Source: a virus. From it: a stretch of DNA of 64,000 nt. The DNA is taken from positions 1 through 64,000 of the IMG/VR virus record IMGVR_UViG_3300042868_003730. The stretch is one strand, 5' to 3'. This document shows, piece after piece, positions 1 through 7,883 of the stretch. Under the pieces are notes generated by a model. The model made no database searches. It saw nothing but the letters and a program-made list of their open reading frames with translations, and was not told the origin of the DNA. Numbering within the stretch: the stretch's first letter is position 1; each line of letters starts with the position of its first letter. The translations under genes were made by a program, and so were the position numbers.

Positions 1-2
1 GT

Positions 3-272
3 CGCTTTAGCGGTAAGCGCGAGTGGGAAGAGTGCTATGATGGTTGGGATCTAGCTGATGCTATTAAGGATCTAGGTTTTGTTCGTCCTGATGGCAAGAC
101 ACTGATTCAGCAGCCTCACCTGCGCTTTGATGACAAGCATATGTGGACTCTGGACCACGTTAAGGGATTCACTTTGGGCAGTCCGCTCAAGGCATTCCGT
201 GCCCTAACGCCTGAACAGCGTGAAGTGGCAGCAGCAGAATACCGTAAGGGATTCAAGGTCAATCCGATCTAA
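3..272 (+). CDS. 3' end of a hypothetical protein (truncated by window start)
   Basis: Open frame 3 from window start to TAA at 270-272 (RFSGKREWEECYDGWD...KVNPI*), followed by a strong hairpin. Confidence 0.6.
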   Translation, partial: RFSGKREWEECYDGWDLADAIKDLGFVRPDGKTLIQQPHLRFDDKHMWTLDHVKGFTLGSPLKAFRALTPEQREVAAAEYRKGFKVNPI

Positions 273-309
273 TGCTGATGGTATATCGGGGAGTTACATC
301 CCCGATATT

Positions 310-350
310 CATATAAAAACCCAGGACTAAACACCCTGGGTTTTTATATG
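310..350. terminator. Intrinsic (probably bidirectional) terminator
   Basis: Perfect 16-bp inverted repeat catataaaaacccagg / cctgggtttttatatg with A and T tracts. Confidence 0.7.
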
Positions 351-360
351 GATGTTAAAT

Positions 361-434
361 ACCAATGTAGTTCAAAGGTAGAACAATCGGCTGATAACCG
401 ATAAACGAAGGATCGTTACCTTCCGTTGGTACCA
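361..434 (+). tRNA. tRNA-Ile(GAT)
   Basis: Acceptor accaatg/cgttggt, anticodon arm atcgg-ctGATaa-ccgat, encoded CCA; atypical T-loop ATCGTTA. Confidence 0.8.
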
Positions 435-442
435 AGAATAAT

Positions 443-518
443 GGGGGATTAGCACAGTTGGGAGTGCGTCTGCTTTGCAAGCAGAAGGTCGTCGGTTCGA
501 TCCCGTCATCCTCCACCA
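443..518 (+). tRNA. tRNA-Ala(TGC)
   Basis: Cloverleaf, tctgc-ttTGCaa-gcaga, GGTTCGATCCC, CCA. Confidence 0.93.
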
Positions 519-532
519 TTAAATAGAAAATC

Positions 533-606
533 GCCCCCATAGTTAAGTGGTATAACAGTTGCCTTGTAAGCATCAGTTCGCAGTTCGATTCTGTGTGGGG
601 GCACCA
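533..606 (+). tRNA. tRNA-Thr(TGT)
   Basis: gccccca/tgggggc acceptor, ctTGTaa loop, GTTCGATT, CCA. Confidence 0.92.
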
Positions 607-612
607 AACATA

Positions 613-690
<78 letters not shown>

Positions 691-704
691 CTAAATAAAG
701 TTTT

Positions 705-781
705 CGGAGTGTAGCACAGCCTGATAGTGCGCCTGGTTTGGGACCAGGAGGTCCAAGGTTTGAATCCTTGTACTCCGACCA
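705..781 (+). tRNA. tRNA-Pro(TGG)
   Basis: cggagtg/tactccg acceptor, cctgg-ttTGGga-ccagg, CCA. Confidence 0.92.
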
Positions 782-799
782 ATTCATAAAGGAATGTAT

Positions 800-973
800 A
801 TGAGTGATGGTGGTAAAGGATCTGCGCCGAGACCATATAGCGTGAGCAATGAAGAATACGCTTCTCGCTGGGATATGATCTTCCGCAAGGATCAGAAAGA
901 ATCAGTTGATTTGACTAAAGAATCAGTCGATAGTCAGTCGAAACAGGAAGAAGAAAAGAAAGTGTCTCCTTAG
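800..973 (+). CDS. Small hypothetical protein (57 aa, MSDGGKGSAPRPYSVSNEEYASRWDMIF...)
   Basis: AAGGA Shine-Dalgarno upstream, open frame between two tRNAs; below ORF-track cutoff. Confidence 0.65.
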   Translation: MSDGGKGSAPRPYSVSNEEYASRWDMIFRKDQKESVDLTKESVDSQSKQEEEKKVSP

Positions 974-1037
974 TGTAACGGCAGCATACGGGTCTCCAAC
1001 ACCCTTGGTCGCGGTTCGAATCCGTGAGGAGATGCCA
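964..1037 (+). tRNA. tRNA-Trp(CCA)
   Basis: gtctcct/aggagat acceptor, ctCCAac loop, GGTTCGAATCC, CCA end. Confidence 0.9.
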
Positions 1038-1044
1038 AATATAT

Positions 1045-1119
1045 GCGGGTGTAACTCAGTGGTAGAGTGTCAGCCTTCCAAGCTGTTCGTCGCAGGTTCA
1101 ATCCCTGTCACCCGCTCCA
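1045..1119 (+). tRNA. tRNA-Gly(TCC)
   Basis: gcgggtg/cacccgc acceptor, ctTCCaa loop, TCCA end. Confidence 0.93.
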
Positions 1120-1120
1120 A

Positions 1121-3181
1121 TTATTTACTTGTCGCTCGATAAGTACCATCCCAATCAGTTGGCACTCCAGCTGACTTCATTTCATTGCAACGATCTATCC
1201 ACAGTTCGTAGTAATGATCCATCTGGCTCAAGAAAGAGCCTTTCAGTTCTTTACAGTAACGTATTGCTTCATCAAATTGTTGCGTACGGTAAAGTTCTAA
1301 CATCTTATTATGTTGTTGTGTCTCAAACACATATCCGGAATTTTGCATCATCCAGTCATGCCTTCCGACAACAGTAAAAATCCTAACTCCCTCTGTTTTT
1401 CCTTTTACTGCAATACAGTCTAGTTCTAGTAGTGCATATTCATCTTCTGTTTGTTGAGCAGTTAAGGTGCCAAGAATAATTCTTACACCATAGCCCTTAC
1501 TCTGACCTTCCAATCTAGATGCTAGGTTAACAGAGTCACCGAGACAAGTATAATCAAAACGCTGATTACTCCCCATATTCCCAACCACAACGACGCCAGT
1601 ATTGATGCCCAGACCCATACCAAAGGCAGGGATACCTTCTGGTTCAATTTCTCTATTAAATTCATCTAAACTCTCCATCATTTGTAGTGCTGTTTTCAAA
1701 GCCATCTTTGCATGGTTTGGTTCATCCAATGGTGCATTCCAGAAAGCCATCTGAGCATCACCGATATATTTGTCTAATGTTCCATTGTTCTCAATAATTT
1801 TTGCAGTCATCGCTGTCATATAGCGATTCATAATTTTGGTTAGTCCTTGTACATCTTTTCCATAGTGTTCAGATATTGCTGTGAAGCCTCGAACATCGGT
1901 GAACATAATGGATAACTCTCTTGACTCACCACCAAGTGTAAGTAGCTCAGGATTTCGTTGCAACTTTTCGACCAATGCGGGAGAGAGGTAGGTTCCGAAC
2001 TGTTTCTTGATTTGCAGTTTGGCATTGAGTTCAACAAGGAACTTGACAATGTACCCATGGAAAGAGACAATGGTAAGGGTAAGAATCGGGTACACAGCAT
2101 CAACCAAATAGCCTGATCGAACAAAGAGTTCATTACCTCCATAGTAGGTGCTGACGGCGAAGATGATTGCGAAGATGTATCCATGTTTGAACCTCGTAAG
2201 GTAGAGTGAAAGTATTACTGCTATTACGATGTATAGTAATTCTGCTCCAGTCGCCCAATCAGGTCTGGTGATGTTATCACCATTCAGTAGCGTGTCGATA
2301 ACTGCACCCTGCAGATAGTGCGGAAAGACTGCTCCTGCTGCGGTGGCTACTGGATTATTGAGTCCATTCGCAGTAAGACCTACAATTACAATACCACCAC
2401 CGAAGTCCTCTGGTAATTTCGCAAGAGAATGTTCGATTGGTTTGTGTTTCCAACTAACCCAGATTCTGCCCAGTTCATCTGTCTCGATCTTTCTGAATTG
2501 TGGAATGCGTACTGCTTCAATTCCTGTTGGGTTTACCTTTACCTGGAAAGATGGATCACCAGAAGCAACTCTCAACGTCTCAAGACTGATGCTTGGGTAT
2601 ATTTGATCTGCAACAGAAACCACCATTGGCATTCTTCGGGTAACACCATCAATTTCTGGTAGAGTGTTGACCACACCAATACCAGTGGCATTTTCATTTA
2701 CTGTTTGCACATTTGGCTGAATTGCCTTATAGTGTACACCAACATCACCCTCTCCGATAACTGACACACCTGGTCGGAATGCCTGTGTGACAGAATCAGT
2801 TATTTGATCATTTACTGCTAGGTGTGGGAATACTGTTGGGTTTTCTTTTAGTGCCTTACCTAGTTGAACATCTTGACCAAAGCGATCAGCATCTGGCAGG
2901 TAGACATTAAACACAACCAAGCCAGCATTACGATTATACAAATCTTGTATGATATTTGCATATTCATTTCTTGGGAAGGGGAACTGACCTTTTTCTCGAA
3001 TAAACTCATCGTCGATATTTACCACGTGCACTTGTTCAGAGACGGTGGTATCCTTTGTTAATAGTTGGTCGAAATATCGTAGTCTTACAGATTCGACAAA
3101 TCCAGGATCGTATATTCGAATAGCAACCATCAAAATCATTGTCAACAATGCAGTCCATGGCGATAATATATATTTCTTCAT
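1121..3181 (-). CDS. Membrane-bound CHASE2-domain class III adenylate cyclase
   Basis: N-terminal TM, CHASE2-like region (VVNIDD..FPFPRN..DGVTRRMP), three TM helices, cyclase motifs FTDVRGFT, DKYIGDA, DYTCLGDSVNLASRLEG, VKGK. Confidence 0.93.
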   Translation of the reverse strand: MKKYILSPWTALLTMILMVAIRIYDPGFVESVRLRYFDQLLTKDTTVSEQVHVVNIDDEFIREKGQFPFPRNEYANIIQDLYNRNAGLVVFNVYLPDADRFGQDVQLGKALKENPTVFPHLAVNDQITDSVTQAFRPGVSVIGEGDVGVHYKAIQPNVQTVNENATGIGVVNTLPEIDGVTRRMPMVVSVADQIYPSISLETLRVASGDPSFQVKVNPTGIEAVRIPQFRKIETDELGRIWVSWKHKPIEHSLAKLPEDFGGGIVIVGLTANGLNNPVATAAGAVFPHYLQGAVIDTLLNGDNITRPDWATGAELLYIVIAVILSLYLTRFKHGYIFAIIFAVSTYYGGNELFVRSGYLVDAVYPILTLTIVSFHGYIVKFLVELNAKLQIKKQFGTYLSPALVEKLQRNPELLTLGGESRELSIMFTDVRGFTAISEHYGKDVQGLTKIMNRYMTAMTAKIIENNGTLDKYIGDAQMAFWNAPLDEPNHAKMALKTALQMMESLDEFNREIEPEGIPAFGMGLGINTGVVVVGNMGSNQRFDYTCLGDSVNLASRLEGQSKGYGVRIILGTLTAQQTEDEYALLELDCIAVKGKTEGVRIFTVVGRHDWMMQNSGYVFETQQHNKMLELYRTQQFDEAIRYCKELKGSFLSQMDHYYELWIDRCNEMKSAGVPTDWDGTYRATSK

Positions 3182-4203
3182 TTTGATTGTTTGATGTTGA
3201 TCTTATTGGTTGTGAAATCCTGATTCTTTATATTTATTGTCTTGTTGTCTTGCGTCAACGTGATATCATACCCACGGTCTTTGCTAATTAACATCACGGC
3301 ATCCTGTCCCATATGGCGTTCAATTTGCCAGTAGTAGTTCTTGTCAAAAATGTAAACACTATTTGTTGAGTTGAAACCAACTGCAAACAAATTCATATCC
3401 AAATTATCTAATACATTTGTTAGATAATTGGAGTCAAGTGCATTGACATCTAATGAATTAAATTTCAAAGGATCAACATATGGTTTGAGGTCCAACGCAT
3501 TAAAATCCAATCCGTTAAATGATAATGCGTCTGCTCTTGATGATGTTTCCTGAACAATCTTTTCCATTATTTCTTTTGGCGGAGAAAGTATCATCATATT
3601 ATCAATTGCAGATTCTGATAATAACAAGAGAACTGGCTTGAGTGGTTTAATCTCAGACATTCTCGTTACTGTTGCCTGAAATGCCTGGTTAAGCAATACT
3701 GTTCCTGCAACAGTTTTCACTTCAATCTCACCAACTGATCCATCTACGTTTGGTAGAAGTATTATGGTTGAAGATCCGATCTCATCTACGGTCATAGTAA
3801 AGGCAGTGCCCCGAACTGCAATAGATGCAGTTGGGGTACTGATTGCTACATTCTTATTATTCTCATGGGCAACAGCACCTGATGCATAACGAACAGTGCC
3901 CAGAGCCACTCTCATCACTAACTTACCTGTGCCTTTAGATTTTGGGTCATAGACAAAATCATCAATAACTAATTTTGAATGCTCAATGACCCTAACCTTG
4001 GTGTTATCATCGAAAGTTATACCAATAACACCATTTACAGTTTCCACTTTATCCATAGGCTCGATGCCACCATTCATCTTGGCACCAATTTTGGATTTCT
4101 TTCTTTCTATTTCACCGCTGCCCTTTTCCTCAGTAATTGTTCCTATAGCAGCAAAACAATTAATGCTGAACGATAGTAGTAGAAGTACCAGAACCTGTGA
4201 CAT
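3178..4203 (-). CDS. Secreted FecR-domain protein
   Basis: Signal peptide; FecR-like motifs ITFDDNTKVRV, STPTASIAVRGTAF. Confidence 0.8.
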   Translation of the reverse strand: MSQVLVLLLLSFSINCFAAIGTITEEKGSGEIERKKSKIGAKMNGGIEPMDKVETVNGVIGITFDDNTKVRVIEHSKLVIDDFVYDPKSKGTGKLVMRVALGTVRYASGAVAHENNKNVAISTPTASIAVRGTAFTMTVDEIGSSTIILLPNVDGSVGEIEVKTVAGTVLLNQAFQATVTRMSEIKPLKPVLLLLSESAIDNMMILSPPKEIMEKIVQETSSRADALSFNGLDFNALDLKPYVDPLKFNSLDVNALDSNYLTNVLDNLDMNLFAVGFNSTNSVYIFDKNYYWQIERHMGQDAVMLISKDRGYDITLTQDNKTINIKNQDFTTNKINIKQSK

Positions 4204-4879
4204 TCAATGTGACCTGGTTAGGACGAGTTGTTCCATCCTGTGTTATAGATGCAGTATTGTTGCTGCCGATAATGTTACTCTTAAAAGAGTGTCCTGTCAC
4301 ATTTGAAGTACCATGCGCACCGATTTGTGTTGTGGTCATTGTATTTGAGTTCCCCACAATAACGACCTCATTGAATGTATACTTGCTATTGATGGTATTT
4401 GTAATAGTATTTGAACTTCCGGTGGCAGTCAATGAAAAGTTATAATTACCTGCGTTCGCCGACGTGCCCATATTCAAGTTATGGGTATTGTTGTCTCCGG
4501 TGTATGTCAGATTCAATAAACCAGAACTCGTACCGAAGTTTCCTTGGTTAAGAGTCAAACTGTTTCCATTACCTATTTGCGTGATGTTTGCAGTTGAATC
4601 ACCACCAATGAAGTTACCAATGATGGCGTTGTTCATTCCGTCCTGTATGATTGTGAGAAACATTGAGTTTCCGTCAATCTCGAATGCTGGGGTCAATAGA
4701 CTTGTTCTGTCTCCGACGCTGTTGTCTGACCCAGTTTGTGTAATGCTGACACTAGAGTTATCTGCATCGGTCTGGTCAATGTAAACGGAGTTACCACCAG
4801 AATCTGCCGCCATAGTCAATCCAGAGATCATCATAGTAGATATCGCTGTCATAACAATATTACGGTTAAGGGGTTTCAT
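4160..4879 (-). CDS. Curlin-repeat secreted protein (CsgA/CsgB-like)
   Basis: Signal peptide; N/G/T/S-rich repeats of type xxIxQxGxxN (SITQTGSDN, TIIQDGMNN, NITQIGNGN, SITQDG); directly downstream of csgG. Confidence 0.75.
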   Translation of the reverse strand: MKPLNRNIVMTAISTMMISGLTMAADSGGNSVYIDQTDADNSSVSITQTGSDNSVGDRTSLLTPAFEIDGNSMFLTIIQDGMNNAIIGNFIGGDSTANITQIGNGNSLTLNQGNFGTSSGLLNLTYTGDNNTHNLNMGTSANAGNYNFSLTATGSSNTITNTINSKYTFNEVVIVGNSNTMTTTQIGAHGTSNVTGHSFKSNIIGSNNTASITQDGTTRPNQVTLNVTGSGTSTTIVQH

Positions 4880-4899
4880 TTTAGTTTAATCCTTTTGTT

Positions 4900-5673
4900 T
4901 TATTTGAAAGTCCATAGTTCTTTTCTGCGTCCTTCATAAACCAATTCTTCAACTGCCAATTCAATCGCAGATTTAACTGCGAATACACCAGGTTCAGTTG
5001 AAGTTACACCAATCTCGTTTTCGAATGCCTCAGTTCCCTTCTTGAAGAATTTGAATGTTGATATTGAATTAGCAACACTCAAAATTGTTTTCTGTGTATT
5101 GACAGTAAGAATAACTTCACCTGTCTGTACGTTAATTGCTCGGAGTGAAATTGTTACAATATCTTCTTGGTAACTCGTTTGTGGTCCAATTCCCAAGTAT
5201 GCTACGCCGAAACCACCTGTCTTCTGGTTTGAGTCATAAGATACGATACTACCTTCAACAATCATACCTGCATAAAGTATTGGACGAAGTATGTTTTCTT
5301 CTTTTGCCTCATCTCTTGCACTTCTGATCAGTTGACGTTCTTTTAAGAGATTGTCCAAATTGACTCTCTCGACAATTCTAAACCACTTACCATCACCGAC
5401 ATCTGCCAGTGCCTTCAACAATAATGCCTCACCACCTTGCGTTACTGCGGATGAGAACTTGGCAATGGTGTTAGAATCTTTCTTCTGTCCTGTTTTATCT
5501 GTAAATGAATATACTGCAATAACAATTGGTTGCCCTTTAGCTGGCTCAGGAAATGGTCTTTTGAATTTCGTTGGTTGCATCAATTCAGCAGGTTTAGCAT
5601 TCTGCATGATTGGTGATGTTGAGCAACCAACAAGTAAAGAGGTTACACCAATGAGAAATATAATTCTTAACAT
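4900..5673 (-). CDS. csgG: Curli secretion channel lipoprotein CsgG-like
   Basis: Lipobox LLVGC; AVYSFTDKTGQ, SSAVTQG, WFRIVERVNLDNLLKERQLIR, EGSIVSYDSN motifs. Confidence 0.92.
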   Translation of the reverse strand: MLRIIFLIGVTSLLVGCSTSPIMQNAKPAELMQPTKFKRPFPEPAKGQPIVIAVYSFTDKTGQKKDSNTIAKFSSAVTQGGEALLLKALADVGDGKWFRIVERVNLDNLLKERQLIRSARDEAKEENILRPILYAGMIVEGSIVSYDSNQKTGGFGVAYLGIGPQTSYQEDIVTISLRAINVQTGEVILTVNTQKTILSVANSISTFKFFKKGTEAFENEIGVTSTEPGVFAVKSAIELAVEELVYEGRRKELWTFK

Positions 5674-6111
5674 TTACAGTCCAAATGTTCCAACAGGTAT
5701 AACTATCTGTGTCACATTTCCGTCTTTGTCCGTGACTGTCAAAGAAATCTGGTCTGCATTTCTCGTGTATTGAATCTTATTACCTTCTAGGTTTATAGTT
5801 CCACTATTCTGTGGATTCTCACCGAAAAGATTATTGACTAGTTGGGTTGAAAGTTGAGCATATACTCGACTCTCAAAGTTGTTTAAGAATTTCGCAAGAT
5901 TTGTATTTCCTTTGGCAGTCGCAGCGTCGATTACTGCCTGTTTCCTGGCGGAAATTATTGCTTGGTTTCTTGTGTATTCTGTGTTCTCAATAGTTTGGAT
6001 GTGCGAAGAATATCCAATACCAGTGAACTGAGGAGATTTGAATTGAAATACTTGTTGGGCGTATGTATTATTCGTCAGCAGTATTACTGTGCTTAGTAAT
6101 ATTCTTTTCAT
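5674..6111 (-). CDS. csgF: Curli assembly protein CsgF-like
   Basis: Signal peptide then FQFKSPQFTG (cf. CsgF N-terminal FxNPxFGG), C-terminal VTDKDGNVTQIVIP; adjacent to csgG. Confidence 0.85.
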   Translation of the reverse strand: MKRILLSTVILLTNNTYAQQVFQFKSPQFTGIGYSSHIQTIENTEYTRNQAIISARKQAVIDAATAKGNTNLAKFLNNFESRVYAQLSTQLVNNLFGENPQNSGTINLEGNKIQYTRNADQISLTVTDKDGNVTQIVIPVGTFGL

Positions 6112-6346
6112 TTTTGACTTCTCGCATCATCTGTACAATGTTAATCTTTTGGTTTAATCTAATTAAATCATTATCTAACATTCTGACGCGATCGATCATA
6201 GCAATCAAAACTGCACTGGCTTCACCCAAAACAGGTTTGATTTCTTGTGTCGCCCACTTCCATACATAATAAATAAGGTAACCCATCCCGCCTGCAGCGA
6301 CAATAGGAAACCCATATTTGTTTATCAATTCAGATATATCACTCAT
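6068..6346 (-). CDS. Small membrane protein (GFPI motif, TM plus coiled coil)
   Basis: ORF track; paralogous to 6448..6726. Confidence 0.75.
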   Translation of the reverse strand: MSDISELINKYGFPIVAAGGMGYLIYYVWKWATQEIKPVLGEASAVLIAMIDRVRMLDNDLIRLNQKINIVQMMREVKNEKNITKHSNTADE

Positions 6347-6467
6347 TTTTCATTTCTTGTTCTAGATACTCGGAAAGGCGATATAATTCAATAATCACTT
6401 CTTGTGTATCCAGATTATTCTTGCATTGTTCGAGCAGGTAAGTTATGTCAATCTTTCCTGGCATCAT
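6339..6467 (-). CDS. Possible 42-aa hypothetical protein (MMPGKIDITYLLEQCKNN...)
   Basis: Open frame that fills the gap and overlaps both neighbours. Confidence 0.35.
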   Translation of the reverse strand: MMPGKIDITYLLEQCKNNLDTQEVIIELYRLSEYLEQEMKNE

Positions 6468-6726
6468 TCTTCCCATCAGCTCTGGCAATTCTATCCACAT
6501 CAGGTTTTATTCCCAATGCATTTGACACCAAGGTATCGATTCTGATAACGTCATGGTTCATCGTTTTGACTCTGTTGTCAAGTGCTGAAATTATGCCGAT
6601 TAGACCCCTGACAGAACCCGTAACACCTGCTAGAATGAACTTTAGAGTAAGGAAAACGAAATAACCTGCCGCTATTGCTGCGGCAATTGGAAATCCAACT
6701 TCAGCGACAAGTTTAAAAAAATCCAT
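6448..6726 (-). CDS. Small membrane protein (GFPI motif, TM plus coiled coil)
   Basis: ORF track; first gene of the inverted cassette. Confidence 0.78.
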   Translation of the reverse strand: MDFFKLVAEVGFPIAAAIAAGYFVFLTLKFILAGVTGSVRGLIGIISALDNRVKTMNHDVIRIDTLVSNALGIKPDVDRIARADGKNDARKD

Positions 6727-6744
6727 TACTTTATTTCCCTATGC

Positions 6745-6753
6745 TTTATTTAG
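6745..6753 (-). promoter_or_regulatory. T4-type late promoter driving the csg/cyclase cassette
   Basis: CTAAATAAA on minus strand about 20 nt upstream of ATG 6726. Confidence 0.55.
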
Positions 6754-6809
6754 CTGTATTTGTAGGGTATACTATATACATGTTATGACTTTTCTTATTA
6801 AGGATTATT

Positions 6810-7058
6810 ATGAATTACATTCCAATGAATCGAAACATTATCGTGCGCTGTTCAGAAGGCTCGAAGATTACTGAGTCAGGTATCGTGCTGCAGAATTCAC
6901 AAGAACAAGAGATTGCAATTGTGATCGCAACTGCATCTGATGTTGATGAAGTTTCGATTGGTGACCGAGTTCTGGTGCATTGGCCAGACACGATCAAATT
7001 AGAACTCAACACATACAAAGTTCCGATGAATAATGTGTTGGCAGTTTACGAAGAATAA
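6810..7058 (+). CDS. groES: GroES-like co-chaperonin
   Basis: PMNRNIIVR..KITESGIVL..VSIGDRV Cpn10 pattern. Confidence 0.82.
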   Translation: MNYIPMNRNIIVRCSEGSKITESGIVLQNSQEQEIAIVIATASDVDEVSIGDRVLVHWPDTIKLELNTYKVPMNNVLAVYEE

Positions 7059-7059
7059 T

Positions 7060-7134
7060 GCCTTGTTAGCTCAGTGGTAGAGCGGCTCCTTTACACGGAG
7101 CGGGTCGGCGGTTCGAACCCGTCACAAGGTACCA
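7060..7134 (+). tRNA. tRNA-Val(TAC)
   Basis: gctcc-ttTACac-ggagc, GGTTCGAACCC, CCA. Confidence 0.93.
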
Positions 7135-7141
7135 TTATAAC

Positions 7142-7231
7142 GGAAGTGTGTCCGAGTGGTTTATGGATGCAGTCTTGAAAACTGCCGAATCAGAAATGGT
7201 TCCGTGAGTTCGAATCTCACCACTTCCTCCA
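7142..7231 (+). tRNA. tRNA-Ser(TGA)
   Basis: gcagt-ctTGAaa-actgc, long variable arm, CCA. Confidence 0.92.
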
Positions 7232-7244
7232 GAGTTGAGTTATT

Positions 7245-7403
7245 ATGAAAAGAATATGGGGTTTGTGGGCTAAGGCTCTTGGCGAGAAACAAGGGAAAAC
7301 TGATTCAGACGCAGACAAAGTCGCTCTGATAAGAACTGCCATTGTTCTATTCTATATAACAACCAATCTGTTTATTATTGCTGGTGTCGTAAGGCACTGG
7401 TAG
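7245..7403 (+). CDS. Small membrane protein (52 aa, MKRIWGLWAKALGEK...IAGVVRHW)
   Basis: Open frame with C-terminal TM segment; below ORF-track cutoff. Confidence 0.7.
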   Translation: MKRIWGLWAKALGEKQGKTDSDADKVALIRTAIVLFYITTNLFIIAGVVRHW

Positions 7404-7410
7404 GGAGAAT

Positions 7411-7482
7411 AAGACTCGGTCAGTACGGTGGGACGTGCAGGTGGACAACACATGGACAAGGTTCGAATCCAAACTGAGTTTT
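7411..7482 (+). ncRNA. Candidate tRNA-like structured RNA
   Basis: 10-bp terminal stem, three internal hairpins, GGTTCGAATCC element, no CCA and no normal anticodon arm. Confidence 0.35.
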
Positions 7483-7488
7483 TAGTAT

Positions 7489-7783
7489 GATCGTATGAAG
7501 TAATTAGAAATGAGTTCTGGACGCGGGTTCGATTCCCGCCAGCTCCACCAAAAGCATATTCTGGCTGGTATCGGCAGTAGCCAAAAGGTCTTAGTATGCT
7601 TTTGATGGGGCTGATCAGGTTTTCGACAGGGCGAAAAGTATATGCATGGACGATCCAGTAGGCGATGACTGTAAATCAAGCAAAACAACGTAAATGCAAA
7701 CGACAGCGTCTATGACGTCGCATTAGCTGCCTAAACTCAGCTTAGGGTTTCGGTGGGTTTCCTAGTAACAGAATTACCCACCA
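7489..7783 (+). ncRNA. ssrA: Circularly permuted (two-piece) tmRNA
   Basis: Acceptor piece ending GGTTCGATTCCCGCCAGCTCCACCA (7550) precedes coding piece starting GGGGCTGA (7607); tag frame ANDSVYDVALAA* at 7696-7734; intervening sequence closed by aaagcata/tatgcttt. Confidence 0.88.
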
Positions 7784-7791
7784 CTAACAAT

Positions 7792-7865
7792 TGGGGATTA
7801 GTTAAATGGTATAACATCGGATTTTGATTCCGAGATCACAAGTTCGATTCTTGTATCCCCTGCCA
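7792..7865 (+). tRNA. tRNA-Gln(TTG)
   Basis: tcgga-ttTTGat-tccga, GTTCGATT, GCCA. Confidence 0.92.
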
Positions 7866-7870
7866 GTAGT

Positions 7871-7878
7871 TATAAATA
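7871..7878 (+). promoter_or_regulatory. T4-type late promoter
   Basis: Exact TATAAATA 5 nt upstream of ATG 7884. Confidence 0.6.
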
Positions 7879-7883
7879 AACTT

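Noticed and set aside
1121-6726. csg/cyclase cassette as host contamination or a prophage boundary
   Set aside because: Flanked on both sides by the same phage tRNA array, similar AT-rich composition, and preceded by a phage late-promoter motif; read-level check still advisable
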